Source: an uncultured Actinomycetes bacterium (lineage in GTDB: Bacteria; Actinomycetota; UBA4738; HRBIN12). Taken from it: a DNA stretch of 64,000 nt. A program made the translations under genes and the position numbers. Positions 9,907-19,254 of the stretch are shown here, piece after piece (the first letter of the stretch is position 1; every line of letters starts with the position of its first letter). The notes beneath the pieces are model-generated. The model was not told the DNA's origin. It saw nothing but the letters and a program-made list of their open reading frames with translations, and ran no database searches. The DNA lies in the NCBI GenBank assembly GCA_963722795.1, contig CAVROD010000004.1, positions 267,768 to 331,767 of the forward strand, in the 5' to 3' direction.

Positions 9907-11098
9907 ATGGATCCGGGCTTGAACCCATACACGCCGAACGCCGGTGCCAAGCCTCCGGCGCTCGTGGGTCGAGAGAACGAGCTCGCGGCGTTCGACGTGC
10001 TCCTCGCCAGGCTCCAACGCGGTCGCGCCGAGCAGTCGTTGCTCGTCACCGGGCTCCGAGGCGTCGGCAAGACCGTGCTGCTTGGCGCATTCCAGGAACG
10101 GGCTTTGAGCGCTGGATGGGTATCGGTCGAGACCGAGATCACGAGAACGACGACGTTCGCCGATCGCATGGCGCACCTCACCAAGCGGGCGCTGCTGGAG
10201 ATCGCCCCGAAGCAACGATGGAAGGAGCGAGCCCGCCGGGCAGGGCGCGTGCTCCAGTCCTTCTCACTCACGATCTCGACCGAAGGCTCCATCACCGGCA
10301 GCCTCGATCTGGAGCCCCTTGACGGCCGTGGTGACAGTGGCGACCTGGGGGAGGATCTCACGGACCTCCTGGTGGCGCTCGGAGAAGCCGCGCAGGACCA
10401 CGAACGCGGGGTGGTCTTCCTCATGGATGAGATCCAGTTCCTCGAGGACGAGCCGTTCGAGGCGTTGATCGCCGCGATCCACAAGACCGTGCAGCGGCAG
10501 CTGCCGATCACCTTGGTCGGCGCCGGTCTCCCGCAGCTTCCGCGGCTCGCGGGCGAGGCGAAGAGCTATGCCGAACGCCTGTTCAGATTCCCTCGCCTCG
10601 GTCCGCTCGACGATCGGGAGGCGACCGAGGCTCTCGTGGATCCTGCGCGTGCACTCGGTGTGGAGATCGACACACGCGCCGTCCGAACGGTGCTCGAGTA
10701 CACGCAGGGCTATCCGTACTTCATCCAGGAATACGGACGGTTCCTCTGGGATCGGGCCGACCGGTCACCGATCGGTCCGATCGAGGCTGTCGAGGCGCAG
10801 GGGATCGTCGAGGCCAAACTCGACGACGACTTCTTCGGCACACGCTTGGAGCGGGCGACCGACGCCGAAGTTGCGCTACCTTCGGGCGATGGCCGAGCTG
10901 GGTGGAGAGCCCCAGCGCACGAGCACGGTCGCCGACCAGATGGGCCGCCCGGTCCAGCGAGTCGCCGAAACGAGGGCCCGGCTGATCGACAAGGGCCTCC
11001 TCTACGCGCCGAAGCGGGGACTCACGGCCTTCACGGTGCCGCAGTTCGACAGGTTCCTTCGCCGAACATTCCCTCAGGGCTCGTCGAACGTGCCGTAG
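9907..11098 (+). pseudogene. AAA/P-loop ATP-binding protein with C-terminal winged-helix region (one frame break near 10870)
   Basis: Walker A GLRGVGKT, Walker B VVFLMDEIQF. The tail ...LRYLRAMAELGGEPQRTSTVADQMGRPVQRVAETRARLIDKGLLYAPKRG continues in the 10568..11098 frame. Confidence 0.7.
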
Positions 11099-11404
11099 AG
11101 GTCGCTCTTGGGGTCGAAGAAGCCGCCGGCGGGGCGTGCGTGCGCGTGCCAATGGTCGGGGATGCGCCGCCGTTCGGGGTCGACGTAGTAGCCCTCGTCG
11201 CCGTAGCGCTCGGCGGCCACCCGCTCCAGATGTGCGAGCAGTTGGGCTTCGTGCTGCGGGGTCGGGCAGACCGTGCGTGCGCCAGACGACCATCGGCGTG
11301 CGACACACGACGCATTCCGCGATCCAGCAGTCCTCGTCGTCGTGCAGCCAGTCGGTCATGCGCTCCGCCGTGCAGAGCATGCAGTCCTGGGGGTCCTCAG
11401 ACAT
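11064..11404 (-). pseudogene. small Cys-rich protein with HIT-like His triad (one frame break)
   Basis: Manual translation gives MSEDPQDCMLCTAERMTDWLHDDEDCWIAECVVCRTPMVVWRTHGLPDP, then after a 1-nt shift QHEAQLLAHLERVAAERYGDEGYYVDPERRRIPDHWHAHARPAGGFFDPKSDLYGTFDEP*. Confidence 0.4.
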
Positions 11405-11900
11405 GGCCGATCCTTTCGAGCGTGGCGCGGTCGCCGACCGCGATGCCGTGCGCCGTGAACCATCCTGCGTTCGCCTCGATCGCCAGCGTGTAGGTGGCGC
11501 CAGCCGAGTCCCACGTCGGGCAGGGGTCGGTCTCGCACGGCGTCATCTCCTCGATCGCCACGATACGGTCACCGTCGACGAACGCGATCGACAGCGGGAT
11601 GAGCGTGTCCTTCATCCAGAAGCTGCCGGCCGTGGGGTCGTCGTAGACGAACGCCATGCCGTGGTCCTCGCCGAGTGACTCCACGCCCATCAGCCCCTGC
11701 CGCTGCTCGTCGGCGGAGTCGGCGATGCGCACGATGAGGGTCGCCTCGGTGCCCGAGAACACCACGCGCGCGCCAGGGTCGACGGCGTCGCCTACGTCCG
11801 AGCCGCAGCCCGCCGCGACCATGATCAGCAGGAGCGCGATCGCCGCGACACGGGGCCTCGGCGGCTTCGCGCCGGGGGTCGCGATCCGCTCCATCATCAT
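11397..11900 (-). CDS. DUF192-family protein with lipoprotein-type signal
   Basis: MMMERIATPG...IALLLIMVAAGCGS signal. DEQRQGLMGVESLGEDHGMAFVY...FWMKDTLIPLSIAFVD is a typical DUF192 core. It overlaps the downstream start by 8 nt. Confidence 0.7.
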   Translation of the reverse strand: MMMERIATPGAKPPRPRVAAIALLLIMVAAGCGSDVGDAVDPGARVVFSGTEATLIVRIADSADEQRQGLMGVESLGEDHGMAFVYDDPTAGSFWMKDTLIPLSIAFVDGDRIVAIEEMTPCETDPCPTWDSAGATYTLAIEANAGWFTAHGIAVGDRATLERIGHV

Positions 11901-12070
11901 CGCATCGTCGCACGTGGTTGGCGCTTCGCGGGGGTTGTGGTTGCTATCATCGCCTGGGTCTTCGGGCGAACGGCCGTGGACCCATGACCGGGGTCTTTGG
12001 TCCGATGAAATTCGGCCGATGCCCATGACAAGATGCGCCGGAGACCGAAGGCCAGTCGAGACGTGCAAAG

Positions 12071-13678
12071 GTGCGTGCAACCTTGGAACGCCAGACCCCC
12101 GAGCTGAGTGACTATCTCGCCATCCTCTGGCGACGCAAGTGGACGATCGCGATCGCCACGATCGCCACGGTCTCGTTGTCACTGTTGAACTCCTTCCGCG
12201 AGGATCCGACCTACGTCTCGACCGCCGAGGTCCTCGTGATGCCGGTGCGCGACCCCTCACAGCCGTTCGCCACCACCGTCTTCATGGAGAACGAGGTTCG
12301 CATCGCGAGCTCGGCGCCGGTCAGCGAGCGCGCGCTCGATTCGCTTCCCTCCGACGCACCCGGGGTGGGCGCGATCTCGGTCTCGGCCGTGCCCGAGACC
12401 GATACCCTGATCTTCAACAGCCGTGCAGGGGACCCCCGCACCGCCCAGCTCACCGCGCATGCGTACGCGACGGCGTACCTCGGCTACCGCGAAACGACCC
12501 TGTTCGCCAGGGTGGACGCCCAGGAGGAGCAACTCGATACCCTCGCTTCCGACCTGCGGACGCAGATCGCCGAGGAGTCCGACCCTGCCGAGGTCGCCAG
12601 GCTGCAAGGCGAGCTGAGCGACATCGAGAGCCAGATCAGAGAGCTCACCCTCGTGCGCAGTCAGGAGGTCGGCGTGCTCCTGCAGGACGCGGTGGAGCCC
12701 CGGTCCCCCGCCTCGCCCAACCACATCAAGGCGTTCGTGCTCGGCCTCCTGCTGGGCCTGATCGCGGGCGTCTCACTCGCCCTGTTGTTCGAGCGCCTGG
12801 ATCCGCTCGTGCGCAATCGCGAGGAAGTCGAAGCCGCAACGGGCCTGTCGATCCTCGGCATGATCCCGACCAGCCAGAAGCGACCGAAGGTCAAGGGTGC
12901 CGTCACGCAGCTCGCCGATCTCTCGAAGGATCCGATGGTCACCGAGGCGTTCCGAGGACTCCGGTCTCGAGTGCTGTTCCTCGCATCGCAACAGCGCCTG
13001 CGCACGATCGTGATGACGAGCTCGAAGGAGGCGGAGGGCAAGACGACCACCTCGCTCGGGCTGGCTCGCACCCTCGCCGAAGCCGGCAAACGCGTGGTGT
13101 TCGTGGCGGCCGACCTCCGGCGCCCGTCGCTGGATCGCTTCGTGCCCGAGGCACGGAGCAAGTACGGCCTCTCCGATGTCCTCGCGGGGAAGATGATCCT
13201 CGACGACGCGATCGTGTCGACGTCGGTCGAGAACCTCTTCGTGGTGCCGCACGGTCGTTCCGGAGACCACACCGACAAAGGGCTCGCGACGCTCCCGATC
13301 TCCGAGGTGCTGGGCCAGCTCGAGGAGCAGGCCGATTTCGTGATCGTCGACACGACGCCCGTCCTCGGCGCGTCCGATGCCCTCGACCTGGTCCCTCTGG
13401 TCGACGGTGTGATCTTCGCGATCGACGCACGCAAGACACCCCGATCGGAGATCGGAAGCGCCATCAGCGACCTCTACTCGGTCGGAGCCCCGATGATCGG
13501 TGTGGTCGTCACGAACTACGACCCGGCCCGGTTCAGGGCTCGCGCTCACTACTACTCGACGTGGGTCCAAGAGCCCGAGATCGTCGCGCCGGCCCCGACG
13601 AGAGCCGTCAACGAGGATCCAGTCATGCTCACCCCGCGCGCGCGTCGTCGAGGCACCGGCACGTCGTCGATGCCGTGA
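12071..13678 (+). CDS. polysaccharide biosynthesis tyrosine autokinase (Wzz-like chain-length domain plus BY-kinase domain)
   Basis: N-terminal LSDYLAILWRRKWTIAIATIATV (Wzz-type TM). Walker A SSKEAEGKTTTSLGLA, A' VVFVAADLRRP, Walker B FVIVDTTPVL. Confidence 0.85.
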   Translation: MRATLERQTPELSDYLAILWRRKWTIAIATIATVSLSLLNSFREDPTYVSTAEVLVMPVRDPSQPFATTVFMENEVRIASSAPVSERALDSLPSDAPGVGAISVSAVPETDTLIFNSRAGDPRTAQLTAHAYATAYLGYRETTLFARVDAQEEQLDTLASDLRTQIAEESDPAEVARLQGELSDIESQIRELTLVRSQEVGVLLQDAVEPRSPASPNHIKAFVLGLLLGLIAGVSLALLFERLDPLVRNREEVEAATGLSILGMIPTSQKRPKVKGAVTQLADLSKDPMVTEAFRGLRSRVLFLASQQRLRTIVMTSSKEAEGKTTTSLGLARTLAEAGKRVVFVAADLRRPSLDRFVPEARSKYGLSDVLAGKMILDDAIVSTSVENLFVVPHGRSGDHTDKGLATLPISEVLGQLEEQADFVIVDTTPVLGASDALDLVPLVDGVIFAIDARKTPRSEIGSAISDLYSVGAPMIGVVVTNYDPARFRARAHYYSTWVQEPEIVAPAPTRAVNEDPVMLTPRARRRGTGTSSMP

Positions 13679-15465
13679 GCAGCCTCGGCGCGATCCTGGT
13701 GCGCAGGGGCAGGCCCGATCCTGCACAGTTGCGGCGGCTGCTGGAGGCATCCCCGCACCGTGGAGCCCCGGCGGCGCCCGCCGAGTTGGGAGCCGTGATC
13801 GTCGGGGTGACCACCGATGACGTCGGCGACACGAGCATGGCCGTCTCCGGTGACCTCGTCGCGGCGGTCGTCGGCTCCTTCGATGACGGCGAGGACCTCG
13901 CGGCCGAGCTCACGCGTGCCGGCATCGAGATGACCGGAACGTCGCCCGCGGATCTCCTGCTGGGCTCGCACCGAGCATGGGGTTCGGGATGCATCGAGCG
14001 TCTGCGGGGGACCTTCGCCTGCGTGGTGACCGATGGACGCACCCTCTGGAGCAGTCGCGATCACCTCGGGTTCCGGACACTCTTCTACCGCGACGATGCC
14101 GGCGCCTTCGTCGTGGCGACCGAGGCCAAGCAGGTCGCGGCGGGTGCCGGCATCGCGGCCGAGCCCGACCTCGACGTGCTCGAGACGGTCTTCTACAGCG
14201 AGTACGACGACGAGACGCCGTCGGCACTGCGGGGTGTCCGTCGCCAGCCCAAGGCCACGACGATCCGGGCCGAGGAGCATGGAAGCCGGATCCGGCGTTA
14301 CTGGTATCCGGAGCGACTGCTCGAGACGGCACGCCTCAGCGACGACGAGCTCGCCGAGGCATTCCACGAGCGCATGCGCGTGGCAACCGCCCGGAGCCTC
14401 GGCGGCGACGACGTCGTCGCCTTGTCCGGCGGCATCGACTCCCCTGCGGTCGCAGCCTATGCGGCGCCGACCTATCTCGAGCGCACGAGCGAGCCGCTCG
14501 GGGCGCTCTCCGCCGTGTACCCCGACCACCCCGAATGCGACGAGACGCCGTACATCGAGGATGCTGCCAACGCGATGGGCCTCAAGCTCCACACGTTCGT
14601 TCGGAGCGCGCCGATCATCAGCGACCTGCAGGAATGGGTTCGCCTCTTCGACGGCCCGGCGCCGCAATGGACGGTCTCGCAGGGCGTCGAGTTCCACCAC
14701 GTCGCGAAGGAACTCGGGTTCCGCAACATCATGACGGGCGAGATCGCCGAGTTCGTGATCGACTCGCGCCAGCACACGATGGAACACCTGCTGCTGCATC
14801 TGCGCCTCGGCGCCCTCCGCACCTACGTGGGCAGCATGCGATCGAAGGGCTTCGGGCGGAAACGCATCGCGCGAGAGCTGCTCGGGGGCATCGCCCCGCC
14901 GTCGGCATGGGCCGCGTACCTGCAACTGCGTCCGCCGAAGGACGCGTGGACGCCGGCGTGGGTCACGTCTCGCGGTCCCGGCGAAGGCATCGGCTACGAG
15001 GTGTACAAGCGTCCGGCCCGCGAGCGGTGGGAGAAGGCGCAGGTCATGAGTTTCTTCGGCGCCCCGGGCCTGTCGCAGGAAGCGGACAGCGTCGTCCAGG
15101 CCGTGACCGGCATGCGCGTGCGGCGGCCCTTCGCCGATGTGGACCTGTGGGAGTTCTTCCTCAGCCTGCCTGCCGAGCAGAAGTTCCCCCGGAACGAGAC
15201 GAAGGGCCTCATCCGGCAGCTCTTGCGAGGGCGGGTTCCCGATTCGATCCTCGATCGCACCGACAAGACGCATTTCAACGACTACATCATGGCGAGCGTC
15301 GACTACGAGGAGCTCGGTCGATGGGTGCGCGATCCGCAGGTCCGCGTGCGCGGGGTCGACTACGCGCTGCTCGCCCAGCGCCTGGACGCCAGGGACCTCA
15401 GCCTTCCGGAGTACATCTGGGCCAAGGACCTGGCCGGCGTCCACGCCTTCCTGGGGCTGTGGTGA
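13675..15465 (+). CDS. asparagine synthase-related protein lacking the N-terminal Cys nucleophile (lasso-cyclase-like or glycan amidotransferase)
   Basis: GTG start overlaps the kinase stop (GTGA). It begins VSSLGAILV rather than MCG. PP-loop VALSGGIDSPAVAAY. 596 aa. The upstream part of the 1108-aa ORF is shadow sequence. Confidence 0.8.
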   Translation: MSSLGAILVRRGRPDPAQLRRLLEASPHRGAPAAPAELGAVIVGVTTDDVGDTSMAVSGDLVAAVVGSFDDGEDLAAELTRAGIEMTGTSPADLLLGSHRAWGSGCIERLRGTFACVVTDGRTLWSSRDHLGFRTLFYRDDAGAFVVATEAKQVAAGAGIAAEPDLDVLETVFYSEYDDETPSALRGVRRQPKATTIRAEEHGSRIRRYWYPERLLETARLSDDELAEAFHERMRVATARSLGGDDVVALSGGIDSPAVAAYAAPTYLERTSEPLGALSAVYPDHPECDETPYIEDAANAMGLKLHTFVRSAPIISDLQEWVRLFDGPAPQWTVSQGVEFHHVAKELGFRNIMTGEIAEFVIDSRQHTMEHLLLHLRLGALRTYVGSMRSKGFGRKRIARELLGGIAPPSAWAAYLQLRPPKDAWTPAWVTSRGPGEGIGYEVYKRPARERWEKAQVMSFFGAPGLSQEADSVVQAVTGMRVRRPFADVDLWEFFLSLPAEQKFPRNETKGLIRQLLRGRVPDSILDRTDKTHFNDYIMASVDYEELGRWVRDPQVRVRGVDYALLAQRLDARDLSLPEYIWAKDLAGVHAFLGLW

Positions 15466-15469
15466 TCGC

Positions 15470-16471
15470 ATGCTGACCGCCGATGACACCGACCGATTGA
15501 AGGGATCGCGGCCCCCCGGCCCCCCCGCCGCGATCGATGTCGTCGATGTCGCTCGCTCGTTCGGCCCGAAGCAGGTCCTGCGCGATGTCTCGCTCGCCGT
15601 CGCGCCCGGCGAGATCCATGCCGTGCTCGGCCCCAACGGCGCGGGCAAGACGACCTTGATGCGCATCGTGGTCGGCCTCACGCACCCCGACAACGGCTCG
15701 GTGTGGATCGAGGGCGAGCAGACCCAGGAGGCACGCTCACGAGACGAGCGACGCCGGGTGCAGATGGTGCCCTCGGGCGACCGAACGTTGTACCTGCGCA
15801 TCTCTGGCATCGAGAACCTGGCCTTCTTCGGACGGCTCGCCGGCATGTCCCGCAAGGAGGCGCTCGAGGCCGGCTACCGCAGCCTCGGGGCAGTGGGACT
15901 CACCGACGTCGCCAAGCAGCGTGTGCACACCTACTCCCATGGCATGCAGAAGCGCCTGTCGATCGCCCGAGCGTTGCTCACGGAACCCCCGATCCTGGTC
16001 TTCGACGAGGCGACGCACGACCTCGACCCGGCAGGCGCGCACACCATCCTCGAGCTCGTTCGCGGCGCAGCGTCGCGCGGCACCGCGGTGATCTGGACCA
16101 CCCAGCGGGTCGAGGAGATCCGGGGGTTCTGCGATCGCGTCACCCTGCTGCACGAAGGCACGATCCGGTTCTCGGGCTCGGTGCCCGAACTCATCGCGCA
16201 GGGCTCCGGGCGTCGGTACCTGGTGCAACTTCGGACCGCCGACGGACGGGATCCGTTCGCCGCTGCGATCGCGACGAACCCCGACCACGTGGTGCTCGAG
16301 CGGCTCGAGCACGGCTCCGAGGGACAGGTCCGCATGTCGCTCGGCGAGCGGGCGTCCGTCGGCGACGCGATCGCCGCGCTCACCGGTGCGGGTATCGACG
16401 TCGTGGCCTGTCACCTCGAGGGGTCGGAGATCGAGGACGCGTTCCTGCGGCTCACGGGGGAGACGACGTGA
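15470..16471 (+). CDS. ABC transporter ATP-binding protein
   Basis: Walker A GPNGAGKTT, signature-like YSHGMQKRLSIA, Walker B ILVFDEATHDLD. It starts 4 nt after the upstream stop. Confidence 0.9.
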   Translation: MLTADDTDRLKGSRPPGPPAAIDVVDVARSFGPKQVLRDVSLAVAPGEIHAVLGPNGAGKTTLMRIVVGLTHPDNGSVWIEGEQTQEARSRDERRRVQMVPSGDRTLYLRISGIENLAFFGRLAGMSRKEALEAGYRSLGAVGLTDVAKQRVHTYSHGMQKRLSIARALLTEPPILVFDEATHDLDPAGAHTILELVRGAASRGTAVIWTTQRVEEIRGFCDRVTLLHEGTIRFSGSVPELIAQGSGRRYLVQLRTADGRDPFAAAIATNPDHVVLERLEHGSEGQVRMSLGERASVGDAIAALTGAGIDVVACHLEGSEIEDAFLRLTGETT

Positions 16472-17322
16472 GCGTGCAGCCGATGCACCGTTCCCGCCTC
16501 TCCGCGATCCCCGAGGACCTCCGCAAGCTCGGTGCGTTCATCCGGCGCGACTTCCTCGTGCTCATCAGCTACCGGATCGGGTTCCTCTCGGACTGGTTCA
16601 ACCTGCTCGTGCAGGTGCTGATCCTGTACTTCGTCGGCAAGCTGATCGACCCGTCGACCCTGCCGGAGTACGGAGGGACGCAGCCGAGCTACGTCGAGTT
16701 CGCCGCAGTGGGCATCGCCGTCGGATCGCTCGTGCAGGCCAACCTCGCCAGGGTGATGGCGGCCATCAGAGGCGAGCAGCTGATGGGCACCCTCGAGATG
16801 GTGTTCCTCACCCCGACCGCGCCCACCACCGTGCTGTTGGGCTCGGTCGTCTACGACCTGATCTACGTGCCGGTGCGCACGGTGATCTTCCTCGTGCTGT
16901 TGACGGTCCTGCTCGACCTCGGGTTCTCGTTCACGGCCATCGGGCCGTTGGTGATCGTGCTGTTGGCGTTCATCCCGTTCCTGTGGGGGCTCAGCTTGAT
17001 CGGCGCCGGCAGCATGCTCACGTTCCGTCGCGGCGGCGGCATCGCGGGCATCGTCGGGCTCGTGCTCGTGGTGGCATCAGGCAGCTACTTCCCGATCACC
17101 GTGCTGCCGACATGGCTGCAGTCCTTCGCCGAGAACAACCCGGTCACCGTGGCCGTCGACGGTGTGCGAGAAGCCTTGCTCGGGACCGCGAATGCCTCCG
17201 ACGCGATCAACGACGCGCTCACGATCCTTCCCTACGCGGTCGTCTCGCTCGCCGTCGGCCTCGTCGCGCTCCGCGTCGCGCTGCGTCGTGAGCGCCAGCG
17301 GGGCACGCTCGGCACGTACTGA
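16468..17322 (+). CDS. ABC-2 type transporter permease
   Basis: GTGA overlap with the ATPase gene. Six hydrophobic segments. FIRRDFLVLISYRIGFLSDWF is a typical ABC-2 N-terminus. Confidence 0.8.
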   Translation: MSVQPMHRSRLSAIPEDLRKLGAFIRRDFLVLISYRIGFLSDWFNLLVQVLILYFVGKLIDPSTLPEYGGTQPSYVEFAAVGIAVGSLVQANLARVMAAIRGEQLMGTLEMVFLTPTAPTTVLLGSVVYDLIYVPVRTVIFLVLLTVLLDLGFSFTAIGPLVIVLLAFIPFLWGLSLIGAGSMLTFRRGGGIAGIVGLVLVVASGSYFPITVLPTWLQSFAENNPVTVAVDGVREALLGTANASDAINDALTILPYAVVSLAVGLVALRVALRRERQRGTLGTY

Positions 17323-17371
17323 GGGCCTGCGCACGACCGGGCCGCACGGCGATCAGACGAGGAGCGACCGC

Positions 17372-18226
17372 ATGTGGGAGGACACGTTCGACCGGGCGGC
17401 TCCGGACTACGACGCTCCCGAGTTGTCGTTCCTCGACGACGCGGCGGCGGCCCTGGCCGAGGCGGCCGGCATCCAGGCGGGCGAGCGGGTGCTCGACGTC
17501 GCGACCGGCACCGGCAAGCTGGCGGCCTCGGCGGCCCGCGAGGTGGGAGAACGCGGTTTCGTGGCGGGCCTCGACGTCTCGGGCGGCATGTTGCGGCAGG
17601 CGCGGCGGAACGTGGCGAGCCCGAGAGCGTCGTTCGTGCAAGCCGATGCAGCCCTGCTCCCTCTGCGTGATGGCTCGTTCGATCTCGCGCTGATGGGGTT
17701 CGGCATCTCCTTCCTTCCCGCGCCGATCGCCGCGTTCCGCGATGTGCGTCGAGTGTTGCGGGGGAACGGCCGACTCGGGCTGTCGACCACAGCCCACGAT
17801 TGCTTCGCTCCGTTGCTCGGCGTCTTCCTCGACGCGCTCGAACGAGCCGGCATGCCTCGCCCCCGTCCCTCGCATGAAGCCTGGCGATCCGTCGACCGAC
17901 CCGAGCACCTCGAGCACGTGCTGCGGCGCGCGGGGTTCGCGGAGCGCCGGGTGCGGCGCCTCGAGCTCGGGACGTTCCTGGCGGATCCCCTGGAGTTCTG
18001 GGCGCTCCTGCGAGGGAGCGCCTGGCGTGGCACGATCGACCGGCTCTCGCCGGAGCACCGAGTGCGCGTGCGGGAAGAGCTCGGTGTGGGAGCCGAGAGG
18101 CTCCGGGAGGCGCGAGGCATCCCGCTTCGGACGCCCGTCTTGATCGCGACCGCCACGCGCGGCCGAGTGCCGCTGCGCACGCTGGCCGGGCCGATCGCCG
18201 GCCGGGTGAGGAAGGTCCTCGGTTGA
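17372..18226 (+). CDS. class I SAM-dependent methyltransferase
   Basis: GAGGAG RBS then ATG at 17372. Motif I VLDVATGTGKLA; post-I LDVSGGML; DGSFDLALMGFG. Confidence 0.8.
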   Translation: MWEDTFDRAAPDYDAPELSFLDDAAAALAEAAGIQAGERVLDVATGTGKLAASAAREVGERGFVAGLDVSGGMLRQARRNVASPRASFVQADAALLPLRDGSFDLALMGFGISFLPAPIAAFRDVRRVLRGNGRLGLSTTAHDCFAPLLGVFLDALERAGMPRPRPSHEAWRSVDRPEHLEHVLRRAGFAERRVRRLELGTFLADPLEFWALLRGSAWRGTIDRLSPEHRVRVREELGVGAERLREARGIPLRTPVLIATATRGRVPLRTLAGPIAGRVRKVLG

Positions 18227-19254
18227 GGGCCGCGGGCCGCACGCTCGTGGCGGGCTGGTTCAGCTTCCCCGACACCGGGGCGACGGCGGGCGACCTGATG
18301 GCGATGCAGGTCGTCCGCAGCTGGCTCGACGGTGCGCACATCCCCTACGACGTCGCGCTCGCCCCCAGGTACGGCCACGGCGTCGAGTGGGGCTCGGCCG
18401 ATCCGCAGCGGTACTCGCACGTCGTCTTCGTCTGCGGCCCCTTCTACCGCTCCGACCTGCTTCGCAGGTTCGAGGGGAGCCGCCTCGTGGGCGTCGATCT
18501 GTCGATGGTGGACCCGATCGAGGGATGGAACCCGTTCGACCTGCTGCTCGAGCGAGACAGCACGCAAGCCTCTCGGCCGGATCTCGCGATCGCCGCTCCG
18601 GTCACGCGGGTGCCCGTGGTCGGCGTGTGTCTGTTGCCGCCGGACACCGCGAAGGTCGCGACCGATCGATACCTCGCAGCCGACGAGGCCGTCGCCCGTC
18701 TCCTCGAGCGCCATGACGTTGCGCCGGTCGTGATCGACACCGAGCTGTCGGACGGCGCGATGGACCTCCGCAGCCCTGCGGCGGTCGATTCCCTCGTCGC
18801 CCGCGCCGACGTCGTCGTGTCCACGCGCCTGCACGGGCTCGTCCTGGGTCTTCGCAACGGGGTGCCGGTGCTGGCGATCGATCCCGTTCCCGGGGGTGAG
18901 CGGGTGCGCCGCCAGGCCGAGGCGCTCGGCTGGTCGCCCGTGCTGGGGCCAGATGAGCTGGATGATGCATCGCTCGACCGAGCGTTCGAGCAGTGCCTGT
19001 CACCCGAGGCCCGTGATCGGGCCGCGGCGAGCACGAACGAGGGGCGCGACGCGGTGGCCGAGATCGGGTCCACGCTGGTCGCGGCGATCGCCGACGACGA
19101 CGGCAGTCCCGGGTGGGGAGACGGTCGCCGTCGGGGTGGGTGGACGCTTCCCGAAGGCACGACATCGTCCCTGCAGGCGGCGCCCGGGCGCCTCGGTGGC
19201 GGAGCCCGGGCCGTGCGAGCCGTGCGCAGGCGGCTCGGGAAGGGGTCGAGGTGA
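18223..19254 (+). CDS. polysaccharide pyruvyl transferase family protein
   Basis: TTG start overlaps the upstream stop. GWFSFPDTGATAGDLMA...ADVVVSTRLHGLVLGLRNGVPVLAIDP resembles the PS_pyruv_trans pattern. This is a recollection-based call. Confidence 0.65.
   Translation: MRAAGRTLVAGWFSFPDTGATAGDLMAMQVVRSWLDGAHIPYDVALAPRYGHGVEWGSADPQRYSHVVFVCGPFYRSDLLRRFEGSRLVGVDLSMVDPIEGWNPFDLLLERDSTQASRPDLAIAAPVTRVPVVGVCLLPPDTAKVATDRYLAADEAVARLLERHDVAPVVIDTELSDGAMDLRSPAAVDSLVARADVVVSTRLHGLVLGLRNGVPVLAIDPVPGGERVRRQAEALGWSPVLGPDELDDASLDRAFEQCLSPEARDRAAASTNEGRDAVAEIGSTLVAAIADDDGSPGWGDGRRRGGWTLPEGTTSSLQAAPGRLGGGARAVRAVRRRLGKGSR

Noticed and set aside
9907-11098. AAA ATPase as the missing PotA subunit of the upstream importer
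   Set aside because: It has Walker A and B motifs but no ABC signature (LSGGQ) or Q-loop/H-loop pattern. It has a C-terminal wHTH and is separated from the importer by a palindrome-containing gap.
12139-15465. 1108-aa ORF as a single giant protein
   Set aside because: The first ~510 codons are an out-of-frame shadow of the BY-kinase gene (Arg/Pro-rich). Only the last 596 codons, from GTG 13675, look like a real Asn-synthase-like protein.
13552-15855. 767-aa minus-strand ORF
   Set aside because: It is a shadow ORF antisense to the Asn-synthase-like and ABC ATPase genes, with no motifs and biased composition.
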